Positions 36,906 through 49,639 of a stretch of 64,000 nt of DNA are shown piece by piece. The translations under genes were made by a program, and so were the position numbers. Location of the stretch: the NCBI GenBank assembly GCA_965645245.1, contig OZ287079.1, positions 1 through 64,000 on the forward strand. The letters run 5' to 3'. The notes beneath the pieces are model-generated. The model did no database searches, was not told where the DNA came from, and worked only from the letters and a program-made list of their open reading frames with translations. The stretch is from Massalongia carnosa (Eukaryota). How positions within the stretch are numbered: the first letter of the stretch is position 1; each line of letters opens with the position of its first letter.

Positions 36906-39900
36906 TACATGTGATGCATTTGCATTCCTTCTCATGGTCATGTAACTTGGCTCCCACTCCATTAGTGGCTTCATGGAGGACAGTGAGTCTGTATGCTCCC
37001 ACGTGCCCCATGCGGCCATGCCATAGTAGGTATCGGTCTCTTTCTAATTGGGACCGAGTGCTAATTGCTTTTTTGTTGTCTTTTGCATTTTCTGGCATTC
37101 TTGGCAAATTCTGATTTCCGGACGATCTTTCGCTGATATTTGGATCAGAAGTAATAGGGATTTCTTCCTCGGGATCCTCAGTGGCTATCAGGGCCACTCC
37201 GCTTCCTGCGGATCGGAGCAGGTACGTTTTTCCCACCAAAAACCCGGTGGCGAGGCAGGTACCTCTCCTCAAAATTTCGACGCAACTCAATCCAAACCTC
37301 ACAATCATTCCTCTAGCTTGTAATGCCGAAATTGACAACAAATTCGCATCCAGCTCAGGTACGTATAACACTTCTGTGAGTTTGAACTTCTTATCCTCCA
37401 GCTCCACAGCCACATCACCTTTACCAGGTGATTTAATCTTTACCCCATTAGCTATCGTCACCCAACTTACCTGCAGTGTAAAGTTTGTGAATAGCTTCCG
37501 ATTGGCCGTCATATGGCGACTGGCCCTTGAGTCAATAATCCACTCATTCGGGGGTATTACTTTGGAAGTGAGTTTTGCCACTCTAGCAAAACTCTTAGGG
37601 GAGGAGCACTTCTGGGAAGTGCGATAGCGCGCCCCATTGTTGACGTAGTCGGTGTAATCCTCATGGTCGCTCTGGTCCACGTGGTCAATGGCCATGCGAC
37701 CGTACACTGACTCGTCGTCGCTATCCTCACTGTCGCTGTCCCTTGTGCCGGATGCTTTGCGTGCAAGGTGACCTCCTCGGCCCTTGCCACGTCTGCCATC
37801 CCTTAACTTTTCCTCTCCCTTACCTCCGTCCTTGGCTTTCTTGCCCTTTGATTGGGCCGTGCTGGCGGTATCTTCATTGTAGGCCTTGCCTTCGTCACTG
37901 GCAAGCCATTCAAAACACTTGGTTTTCACGTGACCAGGTTTCTTGCAGTGGTAACATTTCCCCTTAAACTTATAGGGCTTGGCGGAGACCTTATTAGCGA
38001 TTTCATAGGGGGTCCCCGCGTTATCTCTGGCCATCTGCTCGATTTCCTTATATTTTTCAATCACCTTCCGAAACGTGAGGTTTTCCAAGTCGTTTAATTG
38101 CAATTTCACCGCATTATACCGCTCGTGATCCACCGAATCCATTAGGACTAGGGCCATCATGATATTGGATGGCTTCACCTCTGGGTTGATGTTTGCGATG
38201 ATATCCCTCATATCTTCTAGCTCTGCTGCAGTCTCATCCACTCCTTCCTCTGCCTTGGCCTTATACGTATGAAATCGGCGGAGCATGGGGACCAAGCGTG
38301 TTCTGGAGTCTTTGCCGTGAATTTCCTTTTGGGCATCCCATACCCCTTTGGCAGATTGCTGCAGTTGCACATGCTTCTGCTGCCTTTCATCCATGGCTCC
38401 CATGAGGATGGTGATTGCTGTGGCGTCATCAAAGATCCACGAGTCTCTATCCAAAGGCATGCTTCCTGGTGGTTCGAGTATCTCTCCACTGACTACTTTC
38501 CAGAGCCCTTTGGCAATTAAGTGCACCTTCAAAAGGTGGGACCACAGCCTGTAGTTGTCGCTAGTAAGTTTTGGCAGTTTTACTTCACCTTTCACACCGG
38601 CACCCCTTTTATATCCCCCATCAATGGCTGTCATAGCCGCTAGGCCCTTGTCCTTTGATGAGGAGGCCTTGCTAGCCTCGGGGGTGGTGGATGCCCTCAT
38701 GGCACCTCCGGTATCTTGGCTGTCTTCTGAGGCAGACATTTTGGTGGTGAAGGAGTCGTCCTATTCGAGTGCCGAAATGGATAGCTAGGAGTTCAAACAA
38801 GCACACGGGCTATATCCCCTAAGATAAAAGATCTAGTGATAAAATACTCCTGGATTTGAATAGAGTGCTATCCGGGCTCATAACCTGTTGAACAAAAAAT
38901 CAATCAGGCATACGGCAGCGGGATGCAGGAGAAGAGGGTCTAGGGCTTTCAAGGATAGGCAAAGAGAAGTGCTTGGCAAACGTGATGCAGGTACTCCGTA
39001 TTTCCAGTGAAGATACTCCAAATTTAGCTATCTGCTGCACTGAATTCTGAACGACTGAATAGCTAAATTACATGAGGAATCATCGTCTCTTTATACTGCT
39101 TGAGGGCCTCCATCTCGGCCTATATCAAATTCATGAACCTGCTTCCTTTGAACCTTTTCAGCTGGGCAAAATATACCTTATTGCTGACCGGAGACACCGA
39201 GACACTCAGTGATCATGAACAGCTGAATTGCCTCCGAAATGTAGCATCATTGCTGCATAACTTTGCCTCCTCGTAGTTGCCGAAGTCGTGCCGATATCTG
39301 AAGCTTTTCGCATATAGCATATGATTGCCTAATCTGGAAATTAGTAAGCAGGAGGCAAAAGAACCTCGGTCGCAAATATTCAGGTATCTCGGCAAATTCC
39401 AATAGCTTTCATACCAATTTAGGCCTCGAATACAACAGCTATTTTGAACGATACGCTCAGGATCATGATCCTTTCAATGAAATGGGTGAACCCAAGCACA
39501 CATTAAGTCAGGCTATGCAGCATTTCCAAAACACGGTGACCAACCCAAGCAAGTCCAACGATAAGGCCGTAATCGCAATGGCAGCTGTTTCAAACGTGGA
39601 GCTCAACCTGGAACAGCCCATTCTCGAATCATCACCAAGACCATCAAGTATTGCAACCATTGCGGAAAGGACTATCACGTAGAGAGCGAGTGTCGTGAAA
39701 AATATCCACACCTCGTTAACCAAGACTCACGGCGTAAGTCCAATAAGCGTCGCAGGAGTTCCAAAAGTCAAGGTCAAAGTCAAAAGCCAACCGGAAACAA
39801 TGACTCAACTAAAGGAGCCTTCTGCGCCTACATGGCCACCGCGGATATAACCAAAATATCTAAGCTCTGGATCTGTGACTCTGGAACTAGCCAACATATT

Positions 39901-42900
39901 ACCCACGATCGCTCCATATTCACCTCATTCAAGACATCCGATTGCCCACCAATTCAAGGCATTGGAGGAGTATTAATTCCCAAAGGAATAGGTAACATCA
40001 TGTTGCTGTGTGCCGGTAACAAGGGTCTTCGGGAGTTCCCTCTTTTCGATGTGTTATACGTTCCGGACGGAGGCCTAAACCTCATTTCCCAAGGACAATT
40101 ACAACGAGATGGATGTCCCCTGAAGATCGTACCAGAGGGAATTGAAATCGGGAACTATGGTATCACTGCTCGCCGCCAGGACAACAATCTGTATATCCTG
40201 AACATGTGGAACGTCTCTGAAGCCGCTCTCGCTCTCGCTGCAATTAATAGCGAGGCGATAAAAATGTAGCACGCTCGTTTAGGCCATCTTGGAAATCAAA
40301 ACATTCTCAAGCTCGCTGGCATGTCAAAAGGAATGGACCTCACCAAGCCCCCGCCCCAAGACGCCTGTCCACCGTGCGCCATCGCTCGGTCCCAAGTAGA
40401 ACCACACCGGGCCCCCATCCAACTAGGCAAGCACCCGCTGGACTTAACTCACAGCGATGTCTAGGACCTTTCCCAGAAGCCTTGAATGGCGCCAAATATT
40501 TGGTGACTTTTCTTTGCGATTTCGATAAACGGTCTCACGTCACTTTTACTGCGCGTCAAAAGCGGAGTCCTTCAAGGCTTTAAAAACTACAAGAAGCAAA
40601 ACGAATATGTGGACAAACGAGTTAAGCGCTTGCGATCGGACTGCCGGGGGTGAGTATGACTCCAAAGACTTCGAGAATTTCATAAACGAGCATGGCATTC
40701 AGTGGGAGCCTACCGTACCGGGAAATCCACTCATGAACGGGACAGCCGAGCGCCTAGGTCAAACGCTTCACAAGTTAGCCAGCACCATGCGAGAAGGCGC
40801 TAAACTCGACATCAAATATTGGGCTGAAATGATTCTCACCGCCAACTACCTACGAAATCGACGACCGACTGCGGGACGCTCCATCACCCCCTATGAGTCT
40901 CACACCGGCAGCCTACCAGAACTAGGACATCTAACGATAGATAATAGGATAGACTGGCTATGCGCAAAATCGCAAGCCCTCCACCGGATGGAAGAAATTT
41001 CAGGAACGAACCACCAAATGTACTGTAGTAGGATACGAAGGCGATCACATCTATCGAATGATAAATCCACGGGGCGCGGTCATGCGTTATTCCAATGTTC
41101 AGTGGATAGATAACAATCCCCCAACTCCTCCTTCCTTATCATTCTCTCAAACTAAAAGAGCCCTACATGTTGGACAGTCAGGACCGCCCACGAGAGAGCA
41201 AAAAAATTACCCATCATACGGACGCCCCTCATACGGACTTAGTCGACGCTCATGAATCCATAGAATCAATTCCCACTGGACCTCTCCCACCAAACGCTAG
41301 ACAAGAGGCATTGGCAAACCAACGGCCCATCGAGCCTCGGTCCCAGGCAGATATCCTCTCTAAGCACTCAGAACTTCGTGCCCCCTCGCCTGACCCACTA
41401 GCTTTTTGGCCCTTCTTGCTAGAGCCAATGACCCGGAGCCATACGAGCCTAAATCCTATAAACAGGCCGTAGACAGTCGGTAGGAAAAAGATTGGCGAAG
41501 GGCAATGCAGGAAGAAATCGACTCTATCAACGAAAATAATACCTGGATCCTCACCTCCCTGCCCTCGGACCGCAAAGCCCTGCGAGGCAAATGGGTTTAT
41601 AAAATCAAACGAGGCCCGGCTGGCGAGATTCTTCGTTACAAGGCTCGATGGGTGGTCAGAGGCTTTGAGCAACGTGAAAGCATTAACTACAATGAGACTT
41701 TTGCTTCAGTAGTGAAGCCAATGAGCTATAAAGCCATCTTCGCTATCGCTGCAGCTAATGACTGGGAATTCACCAAATGGACGTAAAATAAGCCTTCTTG
41801 TAGGGAAGGGTGGACGAGGAAATCTACGTGGAGCAACCAACCGGTCTGGATGACGGGTCAACGAGAGTTTGCAAGTTGAAGAAAGCTCTTTATGGCCTGA
41901 AACAGTCGTCTAGAATCTCGTATGAAACGATCACTATTTTTTTCAAGTCTCATGCACGACTTCGTTCGAGTCAATGCCGACCTTAGCGTTTTTGTTAAAG
42001 AAGGGGTTATCGTAGCCATTTATGTCGATGATTTAATCATCACTGGCCCTTCTTCTTCCAAGATACAACGTGTCAAGAAACTGCTGAGCGACGAGTTCTC
42101 GATGTTTAATTTAGGCCCTATCAATTACTACCTGGGCATGACGATAACTCGGGATCGGGCCAACAGGATTCTTCGCCTTGGTCAGTAGGCCTATCTGGAA
42201 AAAGTAATACGCGACCATGGCATGTGGGACACTTAGCCCGTGGCTACCCCGATGGATGGGCGACTGGAGGCTGCACCAGAGGGCCATCAGGGCTCAGATG
42301 ACTCTCGCCTCCGCTACCAATCAGCGGTGGGCTCTCTTATGTATGCTATGCTAGGCACCAGGCCTGACTTAGCCTACATCGTACCGGTGGTCAGCTGCCA
42401 TGCCTCGAACCCGACCGACACGCACTGGAAGGCAGTCAAACGCATCTTTCGATACATCAAGGGCACTCTTCCGTTGCAGTTAACATACAAAGGTCGCCTA
42501 CAACCCTTGAACTGTTACACTGACGCGGATTGGGCCGGAGATCATCATACCCGAAGGTCTACTACCTCTGGCTTCGTGTTTAATGTTGGTAGTGGCGCTA
42601 TTAGCTTGTCTTCCAAACGACAACCGACCGTAGCCCTATCTTCATGCGAAGTCGAGTACATGGGTCAGACCCAAGCCACCAAAGAAGCCGCCTGGTTGTC
42701 TAGTCTTCTCGACCAACTCTCAACACCTCAAGTCCTTGGGAATAACTATATCCAAACCCAGAGCACCTCTGTAGCCCTTGCCTACTTGCCTATATCTTTC
42801 GCCCTAAACGCTATCATCATTCACTGCGACAATCAAGGAGCAATGGCTTTGGCCAGAAATCCCCAGGCACACGCGCGGAGCAAGCATATCGACATCCAAT

Positions 42901-43699
42901 GGCACTACCAAAGAGAGAAGATCGAAGACAAATCAGTGGAATTTCGCTATGTTCCTACCGAAGAGCAGGTAGCTGTCGGCCTAATCAAGGCCCTACCAAA
43001 CGATAAATTTGTTGTCTTTCGAAGGGCTTTAGGCTTAAAGTAAAAGCAGAAGCCCTTTGTCGTAAAAATCCGAACTTAACCCCCGAAAAAAAGTATCACC
43101 CACAGCTGAGCCTGCGGGGGTGTTTTCGTACATCACCAGCAGCATTAGCCTGCGGAGTACACTGACTCACCTGCAGGTGATCCACTAGGAAGCATGATAT
43201 TATACTGGAGTATGTGGGAGTTATTGAATTTCTCTTTATCATGTGGGAGAGCTATTTCAGTGCCTGAGTGGGAGTGTTAGAATGTACAAATCAGGCTACT
43301 TCATTTCAGCCGCACTCACCTTCTACCGCACGAGTATGGCGCACGCTAACTAATGGCTAGACGTATCGCTAGTCTAATACTAGGATACCGTACATTGTCT
43401 ATAAATCTAGCTATTCCCACTATATAGAACAAAAGCAAGCGTTCTATCCTCTATTGACTATATATTACTATACTGCCTTTTGATAACATCAGGTTCTGAA
43501 CATCAGACGGCCCATTTCCGAAATGCTACTTATGCTACTTTCGGGTTGAAAGATGCAGATATGTCAAGGGACTGTGAACTAAGCTGAGGAGAAGATAATT
43601 AACCTCGACTATGATTTCCCTTACTGTGGCGGGCTTTATCACGATATGAAGATCAGCCGGTCATGAATGACAACAGGCTTGCAGCGTTCAATGAATACG

Positions 43700-43865
43700 A
43701 AGTCATCCTGAGAATGATCGAGGATGCTAAATTGGTAGATCTGGAGGCACAAGATCAGCACTGGCGGACAGCGTAAATTTGGGCAGCAGAACTAGGCTAC
43801 GAGAAGGTTGTGGAGATGTTGCTGGACAAGGGCGCGGAGGTGAATGCTCAAGGGAGAGGGTTTGA
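43700..43865 (+). pseudogene. Ankyrin-repeat gene remnant
   Basis: DLEAQDQHWRTA*IWAAELGYEKVVEMLLDKGAEVNAQG. Confidence 0.6.
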
Positions 43866-44113
43866 CGACTTCCTACTATTTGGAACAGTTAGAGCGCACC
43901 GCTTAGGCCTCTCTGCTAACGCGGGCGAGTGTAAAACCTAGGGGTAGTCGCGTGCGTCAGCGAGCTCGATCATTCTGTCATTCACGTTCTAAACTTTCAG
44001 CTTTGGACAAAATAAAAAGTAGTATTCTTACACTGCCTTGTTCATCAACCGCTCAGAAGATCAGGATAGGTTTCAAGGGTAATAGGATTTAGTTCTGAAT
44101 TATATGAATCGCT

Positions 44114-46968
44114 TTAAGACTCCAATGATAAACTCTCCATCTGCCACTCATTGAGATACTTAAGCGAAGACTCTGTATGAGAATGTTGAGGACCCAGCTT
44201 GTGTTTTTGGAGCTGAAAACATTCCTTTAGCAGTGAGAGAGCCTCATCATTGCGGCCTTGAGACTTCCACGTGAATGCAAGGTTGCTCATGCTAGTCAGC
44301 GTGGAAGGATGCTCCGCCCCTAGCACCCTCTTTCTCGTCTCCATCACTTGCACCTCCAGTTCTTCGGCCTCCGTCAATCGTCCTTGATCCGTGTACGTCG
44401 ACGCAAGATTGGCCATGCTGATCAGCGTGTCTAGATGCTCCGCCCCTAGCACCCTCGCACTCGTCTCCATCACTTGCACCTCCAGCTCTTCGGCCTCCGT
44501 CCATCGTCCTTGATTCCTGTACGTCGACGCAAGATTGGCCATGCTAGTCAGCGTGTCTGGATGCTCCGCCCCTAGCACCCTCGCGCTCGTCTCCATCACT
44601 TGCACCTCCAGCTCTTCGGCCTCCGTCCATCGTCCTTGATTCCTGTACGTCGACGCAAGATTGGCCATGCTGATCAGCGTGTCTGGATGCTCCGCCCCTA
44701 GCACCCTCACACTCGTCTCCATCACTTGCACCTCCAGCTCTTCGGCCTCCTTCCATCGTCCTTGATTCCTGTACGTCGACGCAAGATTGGCCATGCTAGT
44801 CAGCGTGTCTGGATGCTCCGCCCCTAGCACCCTCGCGCTCGTCTCCATCACTTGCACCTCCAGCTCTTCGGCCTCCGTCCATCGTCCTTGATTCCTGTAC
44901 GTCGACGCAAGATTGGCCATGCTGATCAGCGTGTCTGGATGCTCCGCCCCTAGCACCCTCACACTCGTCTCCATCACTTGCACCTCCAGCTCTTCGGCCT
45001 CCGTCCATCGTCCTTGATTCCTGTACGTCGACGCAAGATTGGCCATGCTGATCAGCGTGGAAGAATGCTCCGCCCCTAGCACCCTCGCACTCGTCTTCAT
45101 CACTTGCACCTGCAGCTCTTCGGCCTTCGTCCATCGTCCTTGTCCCTTGTATGCCAAGGCTAGCATAGCCATACTATTCAATGTCTCTTCATCCTCTGGA
45201 CCAAGCACTTTTTGCCTGATTCTTTTTGCTTTTAGGGCCATTGTCGCTGCTTCAGCGTAACTCCCTTTCGCCCACGCATACCATGCAGCGTGATATAGTA
45301 TCAAGGCCCAGTCTTGTAATGAGCTTTCGACAGCTGGCTCCTGCGCTACTGCCGACTTTGCGTGAGGAAAAAGCGCTTGACACTTTGTCCAATTCTCGTA
45401 ATTTCCCGTCGGAAATACTGTACAGAGATTCTTGATGTATTGCTGCTTCCATCTTTCGAGCTGATTGGATGCTTCTAGCCACTTTCTGATCGCTAGCTGC
45501 ACTAGCCCGTGCATCTCAAAGGTGGTTTCATCTATGCTGATGGTGATGAACGAGAAGTTTCTCAAGACAAGTATGTCGTCTTCAAACTCGTCGACGCTGG
45601 AATCGGATACGGTATCCTTATTGCTATCGTCTTCGTGGTCATCATCTTCGTCATTTCCAGCATTTTCTCCCGTATTTTCATTTCCTGCCTCGTTTTGTGT
45701 CTTGAGTAAAGCCTCAGGAATTCCCTGTCGATCGAAAAAGCTCATAAGCGACAGCAGATTAGCTGCCGAAGGCTTGATCTGATGAATATGATCAAACGAT
45801 ATTTGCCAGGTTATAATGATTGAATTTTTAGCATCCAGGTCCCTGCGAAGATGTCCCGCTTCGTGATTCAACAGACTGGTCTTTCTTTTATCATTTTTAT
45901 AGAACTCTTTTATGTATTGTCGAACAGAATATCTTGGTACTCTTTGTCGAATGTATGCGGCCGCTTGAACGATGGCAAGCGGCATGAATTCGAGTGCTGC
46001 TGCTAGCTCAGCAGTATCATCTCTGTCCATCTGTTCTCCCAGCTTCTTTTCAAGGAGCGCTAGCGCATGTGTATCGTCCATCGGCTCAACTGGTATTATG
46101 TCTCTTTCTTCTGCTAGCCGCAATGCCACGCTTTTAGTCCGGGAGGTGATGAGAATCGAGCCGTTTCGACTCTGAGGTAGATATGCTAACAGTGATTGCG
46201 TGAGCCCGCTTCTAATGCCGCCATCCTGCGCCTTCTGGCCTGTAGCATGAGTTTCGAAAAGCACAGTAGCTTCGTCGGCATTGTCGAGGACCAGAGCCCA
46301 CTTTCCGTTCTTTTCGTCGCGTAACCACTTGTCAACTAGCCGGAATATGTCCGCCTTTGGGTCCTCCCTGCCAGGAATCTTGACTTGCTCTGCAACATCC
46401 CGATAACCTTGCTCGATACGGGCTGCATTACTAGCGTGTATCCAGAACACCCACGTCGTCGGCAACTGCTCTCTGATTCGATAGCAGTACTCGATGGCAA
46501 GCTGCGACTTTCTTTGCGAAAGTAAGCTATTAGAACTAGCCTGAGGCCCTTTGGCTTACCCAACGCCGCCTAGGCCGACAAGCGCTACCCTTGATGCTGG
46601 CGCGGAGCACTTTTCGTGGATCTGATCAAGTAGCGTTCCGCGATCGACGAAATCAGGGTCGCGGGGGAAACGAACAGCAGATGATGGGCTTGGTGGGGTA
46701 TCGGGTCTTTCTACAAACGCAGAATGCTATCAGCCTTGGCTCACAGGACGCTATATTATTGTGAATGGCGACTTGCCTGGATATTGAACAATATTGTTTG
46801 TCTGAGAGCCTAATCAGGATTTAGCATAAGATCAATATCGATATGAACAGGACGCAAACCAATCACTTTCGCATAGCCTGAGACGTCACCGATCACAGCG
46901 CCTTGGTTGCCAGAAATCGTGCCGAAATCCTTCGTGCCTGTAGAGACTACTGGCGTGTTACCGGCCAT
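44114..46968 (-). CDS. Fungal NLR: short N-terminal motif, NB-ARC domain, about eight TPRs
   Basis: ATG 46968; introns 46810-46859, 46711-46776 (GC-AG) and 46512-46559 give MAGNTP...FPRDPDFVDR...GLGGVGKS (Walker A), then LVLDNAD, PLAIVQAA, MHGLV and TPRs; no lesion seen. Confidence 0.9.
44290..45150 (-). repeat. Near-identical 126-bp TPR-coding tandem repeats
   Basis: 42-aa unit HPDTL(I/T)SMANLASTYRNQGRW(T/K)EAEELEVQVMETS(A/V)RVLGAE. Confidence 0.95.
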
Positions 46969-47298
46969 TGCTGCGTCGGAAGATTGTAGACATTAGAGCT
47001 CGGAGCTATATTGAATAAGACTTGAAAACCATTACCTTTACCGTGCTCAGGACCGCACCTAGGCTCGGCCGGAAACTCGACGCCCAAGACTTTCTAAAAG
47101 CACTGTTCATCTCTAAGTATAAATATAGGCACGGACTCGCCGATGGAGGGCCCCCCGCCATCATGCGGGATAGATGGCTGATAGAGCCAAGGCTATGCAC
47201 GTGCTGAAGCGCCTGGTCTCTCCATGCAGGCGGTATCACAATTATCTCGCATAAGTCATAGTGCTAAATTTGAAGCACGACCCCTCTGTAGTATTGCG

Positions 47299-48580
47299 AT
47301 GACAACGCCAGCATGGCCGAACCGTACGGATTAGGCGACCCTCTTTGATTCTCCAGACGCGAATATAGAGTACGCACCAGATGTCATTTCTCGTCCGGGT
47401 TGCTTTGTATTGACCAAACAGTATTGTCTTCGTCCACGGGCTCGGCGGCGACAGAGTGAAAACTTGGACATGGGAGGGTCGAGATAGATCGCTGTTGTGG
47501 CCGCAAGATCTCTTACCTCAAGCCTGCCCAACAGCTCGCATCCTTCTTTTGGGTACAATGCGGACTTTGCTCACTTCTATCCGTTTGTTGGACCGAAATT
47601 CATCCCGGAGCATTTGACTATTGATGATCACGCGACTGCAATGTTTCAGAGCCTAATCGGTCTCCGCGAGAAAACCAAAACTGTAGGAATCGGCACACCC
47701 CTACCCTTTCCACCAGAAATATGCTAATAGGATGTCTATGTCCAGGCTCAACGGCCGATTATTTTCGTCTCGCACAGCCTAGGGGGTCTCGTGTGCGCCA
47801 ATGCGTTGTCAAGGCACAATGGTACCGACATTGCTAGCACTACCCTCGTAGAGAGAACGATTGGAGTCGTCTTCCTTGGAACGCCCTTTGAGGGATCGTC
47901 AAAAGCAAAATGGGGAAGCAGGGCTCTACAGATACTGGGCTGGATAAGCACCACGCATAAGCAGGATATAAAGGATCTTGAAGAGCGTTCGGCAAAGCTC
48001 ATCAGCGTTAACGAGGCCTTTCAGAAATTCCTGAAAGCACGGGATCGTTCAGAATCAAGAGAGTTTGTGGAAGTAGCTTGTTTCTTTGAACAGTATGTAT
48101 GCTATGTATGAGGGAGGGACGAAGATGGGATTTATCGTGCCCAAGGAATCGGCTTGCCTACCTGGTATCGATCCACAGTCGATCCAGGCGAATCATGTTG
48201 ATATGTGCAAGTTTGAGGATGAAGACCGAGAGGGATACAAGAGAATTTCACAAAAGTTGGTTCAATGGATATCGGATCTTGATAGTCGATCCAAGGGGTC
48301 TGGAGAGGATCGCCAGGTCTGACATCTCTTTCGCGTGCTTGAAGTTAGCTGTAAATCAACAGAACCATTCGGTTCGTATAGGCGATGTTAACTTTAGGGG
48401 CAAAATCGATAATAATCGAGGTGTGATTATGGGTCATGCAAATAGTACGGCCACAGAAGGGGTTAAAATATCTGCGAGTAGTATCACTGTAAGGATCACC
48501 TATCCTTTCGATAGCGATGTACAAGCTGACAGAAAATAAAGAATAGTTATCATGGCATTAACCCAAAAGACTCTGTGTAG
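47299..48580 (+). pseudogene. SesB-like alpha/beta-hydrolase with C-terminal candidate prion-forming domain; disrupted
   Basis: DIVFVHGLGG, WPQDLLP, RPIIFVSHSLGG, FLGTPF, IVPKESA, ANHVDMCKF; lesions: TAG 47332-47334, 1-nt frameshift near 47545, 4-bp duplication near 48094-48101; four predicted introns. Confidence 0.82.
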
Positions 48581-49219
48581 ACCGAGGGATAGGCAATCAT
48601 TGCGGAGTCATTCTAGGAAACTATTCAGGGACATGAAATAATCAATTGACTTTTTGACGTCTTTCAAAACAAAGTTTTTTTGCGCAGTCATCAGCTTCGG
48701 GTGAAAGTTGACTCCTTGTGAGACGTGAAGAGCTCGCATGACAAGAGTTCCAGGCTTCAAATATGCCGCAGCTAGAGGGGGCCTCTTAGCAGAGAATGCT
48801 TATCCAACTTATGTCCGATCTCTGAATCCTGCCCTTGCTTCCGTAAGCACTTCAGAACAAAAGTCTAACAAGATCTCAAATCATTATTAAATGAATAAGC
48901 ATCTTACTTCATTGAGCTATGTAGATGCAATAATGGAGATTTTCAAAGACGTACAATCAGTGCTTACGCCTGTCAAGCCTTTAATAAAGTACGCTAAAAT
49001 TGTAAAGCGACTGAGCATCACAATCGACGACATAGCTGAAGATGAGACGAGCAATTACAATACATCAAATCCTGACATCTATTCCTATCATTTTCATTAT
49101 GTCAGGTTAGTACGTTGACATTATTGAGATTTGTTTCGACATTTCAAAGCCTTTAAGCAAGGACTAAGGTTGACAGAAAAACCTTCACTGATCTAAGTGA
49201 TAATTGACTTGCGATTCAC

Positions 49220-49499
49220 AGAGATGAAGTGCAAGCGACATCAAAAGAAGATCATGATCAAGCATTGCAGCTGCTGCTGAAGAAAAGAGCCGATAAGAAC
49301 GCTCGAGGTGGAGCCATTGACGATGCAACTGCAGACGGCGTCATTTAATGATCATGATCGAGTGATGCAGATATCGCTCGACAAAGAGGCTAATCTCAAC
49401 GCACAAAGTGAAGGCTGTGACTACACATTGTGGACGGCATCAGCGAAAGGTCATGATAAGGAGATGCAAATGTTATTTGCCGCTGGTGCAATAGGGTAG
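49220..49499 (+). pseudogene. Ankyrin-repeat gene remnant
   Basis: LQTASFNDHDRVMQISLDKEANLNAQ...LWTASAKGHDKEMQMLFAAGA; degenerate. Confidence 0.6.
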
Positions 49500-49639
49500 A
49501 AACATAGCACCGATGTGACGAGCTAACTACTGATCTAGTGATATAGTGACACGCGGTGAACAAAAAAATCCACACACCCGCTGATAAGTAAAAGATTCAA
49601 ATTTGATAATTATCGTCTAACCCGTTAAAACCCTCGCAT

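Larger units (their letters stand above)
32751..38739 (-). pseudogene. Copia Gag-Pol polyprotein split by the Tc1 insertion
   Basis: CYHCKKPGHVKTKC, WIIDSRAS, integrase, YVDDLL, YADAAYA; removing Tc1 plus one TA restores CITC-TQTKMTRII in frame. Confidence 0.92.
32078..39404 (-). mobile_element. Complete Ty1/copia element with 519-bp LTRs, interrupted by Tc1
   Basis: LTRs 32078-32596 and 38886-39404; TSD GCTTT (32073-32077, 39405-39409); PBS-like ggttatgagccc; PPT next to 32597. Confidence 0.95.
31873..43488 (+). mobile_element. Degenerate Ty1/copia element (host of the nested copia); 5' LTR missing
   Basis: gag reads across the insertion; WICDSGTSQHIT protease, integrase, IYVDDL RT, YTDADWAG RNase H, many stops and frameshifts; PPT gagtgggag then LTR from 43275 (end approximate). 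Confidence 0.85.
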
